From positions 37,758,001-37,822,000 of the forward strand of contig JBITNC010000002.1 in NCBI GenBank assembly GCA_050084985.1: 64,000 nucleotides of DNA. The letters are read 5' to 3'. Made by a program: the position numbers and the translations under genes. The notes under the pieces are model-generated. The model was not told the DNA's origin and did no database searches. It saw nothing but the letters and a program-made list of their open reading frames with translations. How positions within the stretch are numbered: the first letter of the stretch is position 1; each line of letters starts with the position of its first letter. Positions 39,612-52,590 of this stretch are shown here, in pieces. The DNA is from Nageia nagi. Its lineage: Eukaryota > Plantae > Pinophyta.

Positions 39612-40440
39612 GGGAATTTACCAAAATACTTTTATAAGTTCATAAAATTACCAAAATATTTCTTAATTTATTAAAATTACTAAAATATCTTTATAAATTC
39701 ATAAAGTTACCAAAATATCTTTCAATCTTCAAAAAATACCAAAATACTCCTACAAGTTCATGAAAATTACCTAAATACCTTTAAATCTTATGAAAAAAAT
39801 AAGGATTGCAATATTTCATTCTATTTATTTATTATTTAGAATATTGAATATTTTAATTTATTGTAATAAAAATTTTATGCAAAATTCACATCTTACATAC
39901 CAATTGAATCTAAAAGATCATCATATCATATTAACATACATTTCTTTAAAGAATTATAATTTAAAAAAAATATGATTTATTTATTATTTAAACAATAACA
40001 TAACTCTCTAATTTTTTCAATTCATATAAGAATTATATTTATTTCAATTTATATAAAAATATTTATTTATTTCATTTAAATATAATTTATAAATTTATTG
40101 GATCATTTTAATAATAATATTTTTATTTTTATGTTCTACACTCTATGATTTCATGTAGTTAAAACAATTACTAAAAAATTACATTAAAAAATTTAAATTA
40201 ATTAAATGAAATTTTAAATGCTTAAAGAGTTTTTTCATTATTTTATTTTCTATAAAAGTATTAAAATATTTTTTATTTTTTAATTCATAAATTTTAAAAG
40301 TATTTTGGTAATTTTCATGAACTTAGGGGTATTTTGGTGATTTTTAAAGATTGAGGGGCATTTTGGTAATTTCATGAACTTATAGGGGTATGTTGGTAAT
40401 TTTTAAATATTGAAGGGTATTTTGGTAATTTCATGAACCT
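39612..40440. mobile_element. Mutator-like MITE, copy 2 (right end truncated), ~400 bp upstream of the SURF1 start codon
   Basis: Same TIR subrepeats and same core (aaaattcacatcttacatacc...catcatatcatattaacatacatttctttaa) as 10786-11650. Confidence 0.85.
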
Positions 40441-40702
40441 ACTAGTGTATTTTTACATTATTTAGGTACCTTTAACCCTCTCTTACTTTATTTTCATTAT
40501 GGATATTAACATTATTATTACCATGTATCGTGTATTATTTTATGTATTGCATAATATAATAATAGATAATATTAATTTTATTTAGTCTTAAAATCTCTTA
40601 GAATCAAGTGTCATTATACATTTTGGTGAAACTAACTACATGCATCTTATTTTTTATTGAATTATCTCTTTGTTGTAAAAGTTTTATTGTTTAGTGAACT
40701 CA

Positions 40703-42500
40703 TGTAAGGACTCGTAATTTGACTTATGTTAGTTGCATGTTATATGGAATGAGACCATGTTAGTGTTAAAATAAATATAAAATAATACATTAGTTTATGT
40801 AGTTGTTGAGGCAGTTTACATAAGAAGTTATAATACAAGAAAGTAACTCTTGTAACTACTCTTATTTTTTATGTATTTATTCATGTTCCAAGTAATACAA
40901 TGCACTGCGATCTTCCCTTCTCATTTAATATGATATCATATCCAATTTTGTAGTAATTGGTTGATTATCATTCTTGAACCTATATTGTTATTAAGAGGGT
41001 TGTTGAATGTTATAAAGGGTTTGATTATTGCATACTACATATTAAATAAGAGAAGGATGTCCAACGCCTATTGTGAAGAATAACCTATGAGTTGTTCAAC
41101 CTGTGCATGAGATTACACTTGTATAGAGAAAAATTATGTGTTCTAATGAGACATGTTGGTGAAACATTATTGTCGAAAGAGAATACTATTCAATAAAAAA
41201 ATGTATCTAACACATTCATTCATAAGATTGAAAATCATCCAACACTTGTTTGTTGTTTGCAATGTTACAAAGAGTGCACATTCTAGAGAAAAAGGTGTTT
41301 AATGCCCATGGAGATAAAGACCATTATATGCACATGACTTGTTAGCATTATGTGAAACCGTTCTAGTGAGAAGGACTTGCATTTTTTTAAAAGGAGGTAT
41401 TATTGATCTACATTGAGAAAAGACACTTATGCATTATGTAATTGTTTTGTGCAATGGTAACCATTATATCCTACCTAGGAATAGAAAATTGTACATAGAT
41501 ATGGAGGAGTGTAGAAACCTATGTGAAGGGTGTTTTTAATTAACAAAGAAATGTCTCAAATATTATGAAGAAGTGTGCTCAACCCTTGTTTGTTATGATA
41601 TATATGTTATTTTAGTGAAAGTAGAGACTTAAAGTTTGAAGAAAATTTTATGGTGATTGTTGTTTATGCAAATCATTTAAGCACCCATAGGATATACCAT
41701 CATACCTATTGAAATAATTATTATTTAAGGTGATAAAATTTGAATTGTTTGAAAGTTTGATTATACTTTAGAGGTGTAAGTTTTGTTTCATAAACCCTTA
41801 AGGTAGTTATGGTTTTTATGAAGCTTTCTTAGAGGTAATCAAAACTAGTCCACTCATATTTAATTACTTAGTTGAACATGGCTATCTTAAGTTTCTCATT
41901 TTTTAAGCACATTATCATTAGCATGTGACTAAAAGAAGGTTGCACTAAGGTTTTGAAGTTGGAATTGAAGACAATTGTTCTCACCATAGAAGATGATATT
42001 TGTAAACACTTTTTATAAAGAACCTTAAATTGTGTATTACTTTTATGTATTGAAAGATAAATATTTTGAATAAAATATTCATCTTCATTGAGAAGTGTTA
42101 TTTTGAAGAGTTCTTGAATATCACAAAATAAAGGCTTGATTTTGAAGAGTTGGTGAATATGTTGCAACAAGAGGAAGTATTCGATACGAATGAAAATGAA
42201 AAGGAGCATGCAATGGTGTCAAATCAAAGAGGCAATAAGCCTTTCCAACAAAAGGGAAAAGGTTTCCTCACAAAATACCAGCAAACCATAAAAGAGTTTC
42301 TTGATTTATGAAAAGAAGGGATATGAATTGCAAGATTATTGGTATAATTTTTTTACTTAAGGATCTTCGAGTAATAAGAATCTGAAACAAAAATGACCAT
42401 ATCCCAAGAATAAAGGAGAGTGATAAAATAAATCACATAGATAATAGCAAGGGAATGTTTCTAATGTTTAAGAAGAGAAATAGATCAAAGATTTTACTTT
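40703..42500 (+). mobile_element. Degenerate LTR retrotransposon remnant
   Basis: LTR-like start tgtaagg, PBS-like tgatatcata near 40931, pol-like debris with many stops. Confidence 0.35.
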
Positions 42501-42540
42501 TGCCCATGAAGAAATTAACCCTTTCTGAATTAACTTCTAA

Positions 42541-44699
42541 TGTACCAAGATCTTAAGAAGGCACTTACAACATTAACACAATAGCATAATTACTGAAGCC
42601 AACCTTACAATAACACAAAGATATAAGGTGGTTCCTCCCTCCTTAGGAGTACGTCCACTAACTAAAATCTTTTTATTCTTAAGGACCTTTCTTACAAAAT
42701 CTCTTCTCTCTCTCTCAAACTCTAAACCTAGAGCAAAGCTTACATAACAATTATAACAACATGAGAGGGGGGTCCTTCTCAATTTATAAGAAGAAACCCA
42801 CTTTATATTTAATCCCTTTCCTATTTTTAACCTCTTACCTATTTTTAATCCTTCTCCTATTTTTATTCCCTTAATACTTTAAGGTATCTAAAGATACTTT
42901 AAGTATTAAGTGAATTTACATTAAAGATAAATATTACATTACAAATTCTAACACTCCCCCTTAATGTAATATTGAGATAGAGCATAAAGAAGAGAAGAAA
43001 GAGAGAGTAAGAGAGATTTCTCCTCCATATAGATACAAGTAGAGATAAAAACTTATACATCTTTGAGAAATAAGCAAGATCTTAGTTTGAGACTCATTAC
43101 AATACCATTTGAAAAATGGTTTACAATAGAATCATAAACCAAGATTGGTTTCACTGTAAGTGTAGTTGATCAACACTAAGTTGAGATGTGAACCTCCATG
43201 AGCTTGCCCACCCAAAGTAAGTAACTTGCATTCTCAAGATGAAACATGCAATCTACAAGTAACTCATAAACAAAATCAATTAGATGCATCATATAAACAT
43301 TCATATCAATCACAAGATAAATGAACTAAGTAATATCATCCATAAACTGATCAATGATACACTATAAGTCATCTCAAAGATGTCAAACTAATATTTATAG
43401 TCATCTATTGTATATTAAAAAATATGTGTTGATCCATAACAAAAAGAGCATATGCATATATAACAAGATCACATATGGATAACCAAACAATACCAAAAAA
43501 CACATACTTATTCCTCATATAGTGATAACAAAATGTACCATGAGCTCCTCACACAAAGCGAACTAACCATGAAGGTGTACATTTAATATCAACACTATAC
43601 AATAAAAAATAGCCTCCTAAGGATGAAGTTGTCATCACAAACATGAATTCAAACTTCACTCCCCCTTAAGGACAACTTCACTACCATAAGAAACTTTCAA
43701 AGTGTGCACAACAAAGTTTCTAAAGTGGCTAGTGAATAAATCAAAAGAGTCAAAGTCAAATGAACAAAGTTGCATTTGTTTCATTAAGAACTTTCTCCTT
43801 GATATAACGTTCTTGGATTTATGGTACACTATAAGTCATCACTAAGATGCCAAGCCCATACTTAGAGTCACCAAGCAAAGAAATATATAAATAAAGTATA
43901 CAAACTAAACAAAAGTTCAACAAATTTATTAAGAAGGAAGAAGTTACAATGGATTCAATAATAATTTAACTTTTACTTCATTTTTGAAGGTAACTTCACC
44001 AACCCAATAAACTCCCTAAGCTTATAGAAGTGGGCTTCAGGAAGGGGCTTAGTGAAAAAATCAGCAGAGTTTAAGACTAATGGACAATATTGCAAGTGTA
44101 GAAGACCATCTAGAATCTTCTCTCTAATGAAGTGGGCTTGGATTTCTACATACTTTATTCTTTGATGGAAAATAGGATTTTTTTCCAAAACAATAGCTCA
44201 TTGATTATCTAAAGAAATGTGAGATGGAAAAACTTGTTGCTTCTTTGATACCCAAGAGATAGCACCTAAACCAATGCTAAACACATAAGCAGAGGTTGAT
44301 TTTCTATCATCTCTATCTCTCTCATAGTCAAAATCTAAGAATCTTAAGAGAATAAACAAGGGCAACTTGTCATACTTGAGAGCAATATCCTTAATGCTTG
44401 TAACATACCTCAAAATTTGCTTAACTATATTGAAATGCTCAACATATGGCTTTTGCATAAAACAAGTTATCAAATTCATGATAAAGGCAATATTAGGCTT
44501 GGAGATAGTCAAATAAAGAAGATTACCAATTAGTTGCTTATAAGTCATAGCATCTACTAACAAAGAGTTGGAACTAAGAGACAAAGTGATTCCAAGTGAG
44601 ATTGGGATTGCAGCATGCTTGCACTCCTCCATTCCAAACTTTTGTAAGATATTTGAGATATAATTAGATTGACTAAGGTAAGTACAATTCTTGTATTGG
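42541..44699 (-). mobile_element. Ty1/copia 3' portion (3' LTR 42541-42953, PPT, RNase H and RT C-terminus)
   Basis: LTR tgt...aaca followed by ctccccct PPT; NPIFHQRIKYVEIQAHFIRE and DRKSTSAYVFSIGLGAISW motifs. Confidence 0.88.
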
Positions 44700-47600
44700 T
44701 ATTAAGAGAATTGAGCTATAGTAAGAATAACTCTACACTTCCAAGATCACATGAAAGCTCATAATACACATTTAAACAACTCATAAAACAATCTCACATC
44801 ACAACACAAGATGTAATTGATTCCTCCAACTAGGAGTACATTCACTAACTAGATCTTTACTTCAATCACAAATACAACTCTCTTACAATCCTTCTAATCT
44901 CAACTTCTAAGAACTATCCTACAGCATAACTTTACTCCATAATTGGTGTGTGATCACAAAGAGGGAGCCTTCTATTTATAAGCCAAAATCCCTCTTTGGA
45001 TCACCCTTTTATCCAATTTACAAAAGCATGTAATGCACATCCTTTTACCCAAGGAGCATGCTCATAACATAGAGTGTAGGATAAGTTACATTATCATATT
45101 CACTTAAATACTTAAGGTATCAAATGACATCCTTAAGTATTAGTGAACTTACATAGAAGGTTATTACAAAACCTTTACAATAATGCATTATACATTCCAA
45201 CACTCTCCATTAATGCAATATTGGGATAGAGCAAATAAGAGAGAAGAAAGAGAGAAAGTAAGAGAGTTTTCCTCCAAATAGATACAATAGAGATGAGAAC
45301 TTTTTACATATTTATAAAGAAGAAAGATCTAGTTTGAGACTCACTACTTTGCCAAATATAATCATTGACCATAACTAGTTTCAATGTACATGAAGTAATC
45401 ATCCAACTGGAAGTCATGAAGAGTCTCCAAGAGCCTGCATACCTGAGGTAAGTAACATGCAATCTCAAAAGAACCTACAAGTCATAAGTAGCTCAAATAA
45501 CAAGACCAACTAGATACAACATATTCATATCAACAACGATAGATGAATCACACAAATGCAATCATGAACTGATTAATGGTACACTATAAGTCATCACAAA
45601 GATTCCAAGCCAAAAAACTTAGTCACCTGTTGTATATAAAATATGTGTTGATTATCATTACAAAATAGAGCATGCACATATGAGTTCCTCGCATATGGAT
45701 AATTGAATAGTGTCAAAAGACACATAAGAGTTCCTCACACATGGATAACTTAACAGTGCTAGATTGGCTAATCTTTTGCTTTAAAATTTATACAATAAAT
45801 TCTTTACACAGAGCGAACTTACCATGAAGGTGTACAATAAAATCAACATTATAAAGCACAAAATCCTCCTACGAGTGAAGTTATCATCACAAACATGAAT
45901 TCAACGTAAGAGTTCAAACTTCACTCCCCTTTGAGGGCAACTTCACCAACCCAAATAGCATCCTTAAGCTTACAAATTTGAGCTTCCAAGAGGGGATTGG
46001 TGAACAAATCAATGAAGGTCAAGGTGGATGGATAATACTCCAGGTGTATAATGCCATTAAGAACCTTCTCCCTGATATAATGGGTATGGATTTCCACATG
46101 TTTTATTCTTTGATGGAACACATGATTCTTAGCCAAAGAAATAGCTAATTGATTATCTGAAGAAATCAAAGATGAGCCACCTTGCTCATACCTAATTTCT
46201 TTCAGAAGATGCCTTAGCCAAATGGATTCATGGGCTGCAATAGACGTGGCTTAGTATTCAACTTCTATGGTGGAAAGAAAAATAGTAGGCTACTTCTTGG
46301 AAGCTCAAGAGATAACACTTGAACCAATGCTAAATACATATGTAAAGATTGATTTTCTATCATCTCTATCTCCCCCATAGTCAAAATCTAAGAATCTAAA
46401 AAGAATAAGTAAGAAAAACTTAGAATCCTTTAGAGTAAGATTCTTAGTCCATGCAACATATCTCAAGATTTATTTAACAACATTGAGGTGCTCAACATAT
46501 GGTTTCTACATGAATCATACCATCAGATTCACTATAAAGGTGATATATGGCTTAGATGTAGTCAAATACAAAATACTACCAATTAATTACCTGTAAGTTG
46601 TAATATCAACCAATTAAGAGTTGGAGCTCAAAGAAATAATGATTCTAGAAGAGATTAGGATCATAGCATATCTACACTCCTCCATTCCAAACTTCTGTAA
46701 GATGTTTGATATATACTTAGATTGATTGAGATAAGTACAATCCTTATATTGATATACTTGAATTCTAAGATAGTAGCGCAAGAGACCAAGATCAATCATT
46801 TTAAATATTACCTTAAGTTTGGATATGCACTCTTGAATGATTTCATCATTATTCTCAGTAATCAAAAGATCATCCACATAAAGGAGAATCAAGACCATGT
46901 CTTTTCTTTGATTGAGCACATATAGATCAGAGTTAGAAAAACATTTAGAGAATTCAATGTCTACAAAGTACCTTAAAATCTTCTTGTATCAAGCTGTAGG
47001 TGCTTGCTTAAGTTCATACAATGACTTATTTAGCTTGCACATAAAGGACTCTTTACCTTCCATAATAAACCCTTCTAGTTGATTCATGAAGATTTTCACA
47101 TCTAATTCACCATTAAGAAATGCACTTTTGACATCAAGTTGAAAAACATTCTATCCTTGAGCTCCAGAAAAAAGTAAGGATAATCTTGATCATAGGCATC
47201 TTTACCATGGGAGCAAAGGTTTTCTCATAAATACACCATATTTCTGAGAAAAACCTTTAGCTACTAATCTTATCTTATATTTCTTAATATCTTCAATTGA
47301 ATTGAACTTGATCTTGTAGATCCACTTATTACCAATCACGTTATTCTCGTTGAGATAAGGAACCAAGTTTCAAGTTTTATTTTTCATAAGCACTTGATAC
47401 TCCACTTTCATGGCTTCCATCCATTACTCATGCTTTGAAGCTTCTTTGGAGGATGAGGGCTCATGCTTATTATCAATTTTGGTAAATAAGGATGTATTCA
47501 AGGTCATGCTCCTTGTTACCCTTTGAGTTGGAGAGTTTTACTTTTGAGGTGACTTAGCTACATCAATATCTAACCAACTAGGTGTAACTAAAGAGTCCTT

Positions 47601-49730
47601 TAGATCATCAACATCTTTATTAGAAGTAAATTATTTACAAAGTTCATTTAACTTTACATCCTTTAAAATAAACACGACTTTGTAGGATGGAGAGTAGAGC
47701 CTGTAGCCTCTATGTAGACTATCATAACCCATAAAGATGCATTTTTTAGCTCTTTTGTCTAATTTTTTTTTTCTCATAAATAATGTAAGAGAATGCTTCA
47801 CAACCAAATACCCTAAGGTGAGAAATGTTAGGTTTTCTTTCTAACCATGCCTTAAAAGAAGTTTTTTTTAAAAACTTTTATGGGACACCTATTCAAGGTG
47901 TAAATAATAGTGCTCATAGCTTCACCCCATAAGAAACTAGGAAGATTACCCACCATGCATCTAGCCATCTTCATAATTATCTTATTTTTTCTTTTGGCAA
48001 CACCATTCTGCTGCAAAATGTAAGGAATCGTAAACTATCTCTTGATTCCATACTTAGCACAATAGGCATTGAACTCATTATTGCTATATTTTCTCCCATT
48101 ATCTGATCTCAACATCTTGATTTTAAGGTTAATTTAATTCTTAATAAAGACCTTAAAAATTTTAAAACTCTCAAAAGTTTGACCCTTATGCTCAAGTAAA
48201 TACCCAAATATCATCCTACTAAAGTCATCAATGAAGGTAAAGATGTAAGATGCTCCTTAAAATGACTTAGTCTAAAAGGAACCATCAAATCTAAATGCAC
48301 AATTGAAAAGGTTGAGATGCTCTTGTTGCCTTAACTTTTTCAAATTTTTCTTGCCAAGAATGCACTTCTTACATTTACCAATCGAAGGAGAAATTAAAGG
48401 CATACCTTTCACAAGTTCTTGGTCTTTCATGACTTGAATACTCTTGTGATTAAGGTGCCCTAAACATTGGTGCCAAAGATTACCTCTCGAACACACACTT
48501 GTAGCAAGACACATCTTTGATGGAATTTGATCCATAATGTAAAGATCATCTTTCATTGATCCTTTAACCAATGTGGCAAGTCCTTTCTTAATGCACTAAG
48601 ATTGATAGTCGAACTCAAAAGAGTACCCTTTTCTAGCAACTTGGATTACAAAGAGAAGGTTCATCCTTAACTTAGGAACATAAAGAACATTTTCAAGAAC
48701 CCTTTTGTGAATCAACACACTCCTAATTCCTTGGACTTAAAGGGTAGAGTTATCACTTATCACAACCATATCTTTTTTATATTTGTGAAATTTCTCAAAC
48801 TTTTTCTTTTTAAAGTATAGATGATTAGTGCAAACAGAATCAACAATCTAATCAAATGAAAAAAAGTGAGACATGGAGTAGAGCACCGTAGCAAAATTAG
48901 CTTGAACATTCTTCTTTCCTTTGAAATTCTTTACATTACCATTACCTTTAATTTTTTTCTCTCTTTTCTTTTTGTATCAATCAACTTCTTTATGACCTTA
49001 GATGCCACAATAATTATAGTTACCATCAAACTTTTCTTTAAGATATGGATTATTTGCTTTCCCTTTTTCATCTCTTTGTTTGAAGTGGTTGTTGTTGTCA
49101 TTGTTCCTATTGTTGTTTTTATTATTGCCATTGTTCTTGCTATTATTGTAGCCATTACCTCTTTTCTTAAACATTTTGGAGGAAGAGGGATAAGATTTCT
49201 TTTCATGGTTGAACTTCTTCTTGAAAAGAGTTTTGGTTGGTCCAAGAGTAACTTTATTATCCTTAGAAGAAAAAATCAACACCTTTTTGTTAAGGGTTTC
49301 CTCGTGCTTCAAAAGGAACCTAGAAAGATTCTCAAGGGAGAAGACTTCTTCTTTATCATCAAGCTTTGTTTCCATAACCATCATAAAGTTTTCAAACTTT
49401 GAAGAAAAGCTTTGAAGAATGATGAAGACCATGAACTCATCATTGATCTAATTGCACCCATAAGCAACAAATTGGGTCCTTAGGTTAATGATTTTGTTCA
49501 AGTAGATGGCAACATTTTCATCTTCCCCTTTATGAGATTGAAGCAACTTTTGGAGAATGGTAAACCTTATTAAAAATTTTGAACTAAGGTATATTTGCTT
49601 AAGCTTATCCCAAGCTTCTTTTATCGAGTTTGAAGAGGAAATCATTAGGACCACATTATTTGAAACTGCATAGAAGATCATGAAGGTTACCAACTCATTC
49701 TTCGTGTTGTAAGACTCTAGTGCCTTCTCA
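44700..49730 (-). mobile_element. Second, related Ty1/copia element (3' LTR 44700-45202, RH-RT-IN-PR-gag, 5' end missing)
   Basis: LLYVDDLLIT, LWHQCLGHLN, EAWDKLKQIY fragments; the 3' UTR and LTR end resemble those of 42541-44699. Confidence 0.9.
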
Positions 49731-49734
49731 TCTT

Positions 49735-52330
49735 GTATGTTTATACCTGAGGTGTTTATTTGTCTTGCATATGTTCATGTAAATGATGAAAAGAGGAGAA
49801 AATCAATTGTAAAATCTAAAGCTTGTATGTTTATTGGATATTGTGAGAACTCTAAAGCTTACAAATTATATAATCCCAAGACTCATAAGACCATTGTCTC
49901 TAGAGATGCCATTTTTGATGAAGGGGAAGAGTATAGTAATCAAAAATTGCAACAAAAAATATTTATACAAGAGATTTTACAGAGAGAGAATAGCATCAAA
50001 TGTTCAACCCAACCATGTTGTGCCTCATAAAAGTAAGTTTCAGCTATCAAGTGTTAGTACTCCAAGCTTACTAAGAACCTATAACTCCTCTACAAGTAGG
50101 AGTACTCCAAGCTCACCCAATGCAAGGATGATAAACCAAGGCAACAAAGGTAAGAGATGGTTGAAGGATCACCCACCAAGTTAAATTATTGTTGGTAACA
50201 CCATGAGATGAATCACAAGGAGCCAAATATAAGAAATGCAAAATCTAATCACAAGGCTAGAAAACATTCAGTTTTAAGGAGATGAAGATAGTGGAGAAGC
50301 AAAAGGTGAAATGGTGAATTATGCACTTTAATCTTCTAGTTTAAATTGTAATTTTGTTTCAAAATATGCAATTTTTTTTTAGCCATGTTGTTATGAAGAA
50401 TCTTGTTCTAATGTTGTTTTGATAGAAGCTATGAAAGAGAAGATTGATGTAATTGAAAAGAATGATATTTGGCAAATTTGTGAGTTTTTCAAAGGTAAAA
50501 AAGTTATTGGTTCCAAGTGGGTATACAAGATAAAATGCAAGAATGATGGTAGCATTGAAAGATACAAAGCAAGATTAGTTGCAAAAGGATTCACATAATA
50601 TTATGGTATGGATTTTGAGGAGATATTTGCACCTATAGCAATCTAAGAAACAATAAGATTAGTGCTCTCTTTGGTTGCAAGCAAGAATTGGATAGTTCAA
50701 CACATGGATATAAAGAGTGCCTTTATTAATGGGTACATATATGAAGAGGTGTATATAGCTTAACCTCAAGGCTTTGAGGTTCAAGGAAGAGAAAACCAAG
50801 TGTACAAGCTCAAGAAAGCATTGTATGGGTTGAAACAAGCTCCAAGAGCTTGGTACACAAGAATAGATGGATACTTCAAATGTGTGGGCTTTCAAAAAAG
50901 TGTAAGTGAGCCTACTTTGTATTTCAAGAAAGATAGATATGATATTTTGGTTGTTTATTTGTATATATATGATTTGATCTTCATGGGTAGTAATAGTAAG
51001 ATGAATGAAGCATTTAAAACTCAAATTATGGTTGAATTTGAAATGAAAGATGTTGTTTTGATGAGCTACTTCTTTGGATTGGAGGTGCATCAAATAAAAG
51101 AAGAGATATTTGCATGCCAATAAAAATATGCACATAACATGTTCAAGAAATTTGGAATAGAGAATTGCACTTTTGTTTTAACACCTACAACCCATGGAGA
51201 ACACTTTGCAAAGAAGATGGAGCACCTAAGGTAAATAAGGAGTTTAAAAGTATTGTTGGAAGTATCATGTTTCTAACAAATACAAGACCAAATTTGTAAT
51301 TTAGTATTTCATTTGTTTCAAGAAATATGAGTTATCCATCCATTATCCATCTTAAGGTAGCAAAGAGAATACTCAGGTATATGAAGGGGACAATCAATTT
51401 TGGAACATATTACTCATGTAATTACAAGTTCAAGCTCACATGTTTCAATGATAGTGATTGGGGAAGTGATTTAGATGATAGAAAGACCACATGTTGGAAT
51501 TGCTTCTCTCTTGGATCTGATTTGGTATCATAGAGCTCAAGAAAATAATCCATTGTAGCTCTTTCAAGTATTAAAGTTAAGTATGTAGCAGTGGCAAGTG
51601 CATCAACACAAGCATTATGGTTGAGGAAGTTGTTGAAGGAGATTGGAGAGGAGCAAGAGGAAGTAACTTTGATCTTTTGTGACTAACCAAGGTGCCATAA
51701 GTTGGCATAAAACACTATCCACCATTCCAGAATTAAGCACTTTGATTTGAAGACTCATTTTATCTAGGATTTGGTGGAGAAAGGATTAGTAACATTGAGG
51801 TATTATCCAACTCAAGACCAAGTAGCAAATATTTTTACCAAAGCAGTGATAAAACCTTAATTTATGTTGTTAAGTGACCTGATTATTGGTCCTCTTATCA
51901 ACAAGGGGGAGTATGAAGAATTTCAAGTTGTTACAATAACTTAAACTTGCACAAAACTCCCAAATTTGAGCTCATTGTTTCATCTTTCATGTTCCATCTG
52001 AGAACTGTTTGATACTGAGTATTATGTTTTTTTAAAAGTTTATTTTTTCATTTTTTGCTTCATTTTTGCTTTGAGAGTAGAATGTGAACTAAACAACCAA
52101 GGTCACCTCAGCCTGTTGAATGTATTTATTCTTTATTTCAAGATGTAAATGTTGTTGGAGTGTGTTATCAATAAGACTTTGCATGTTTATTGGTGTTATA
52201 TGAGTTTGTGAGCTTCCATTACTGAATGCATTCTTGTCTTTGAGTTGCAGAATAGTATTGCCATTAATTTGTTTGAGTAATTCACTTATTTTTTTGTGCT
52301 TAACAACTTCATGCATTACTTTGTATCACC
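49735..52330 (+). mobile_element. Ty1/copia fragment in opposite orientation (IN C-terminus, RT, RNase H, PPT, LTR remnant)
   Basis: CMFIGYCENSKAYKLYNP, YKLKKALYGLKQAPRAWY, DSDWGSDLDDRKTT; PPT aaggggga near 51903. Confidence 0.9.
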
Positions 52331-52424
52331 AATAATAGTCACTCAAGTGATAAACTAAATATAATGGTCATGGTGTCCTTATAAGGTAGATTGGTCTACC
52401 AACCCCAAACAATGCCTAGAAACA

Positions 52425-52590
52425 TATAAAATGCAGTGATGGATCCATTTCAAATTATCTACCAGGCCATTTCTAATACATTATAAAATGCAACAATGGA
52501 TCCATTTTAAAGTATCTACTAGACCATTTTCAATACATTGTAAAATGCAGTGGTGGATACATTATATCTACAAGGTCATTTTCAGCTCAT
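52425..52590. repeat. Tandem repeat, ~56 bp x3
   Basis: taaaatgcagtgatggatccattt...tatctac...ccattt...aatacatt repeated. Confidence 0.8.

Noticed and set aside
48866-49402. 178-aa hydrophobic ORF as an env-like gene
   Set aside because: Antisense of the Asn/Lys-rich copia gag.
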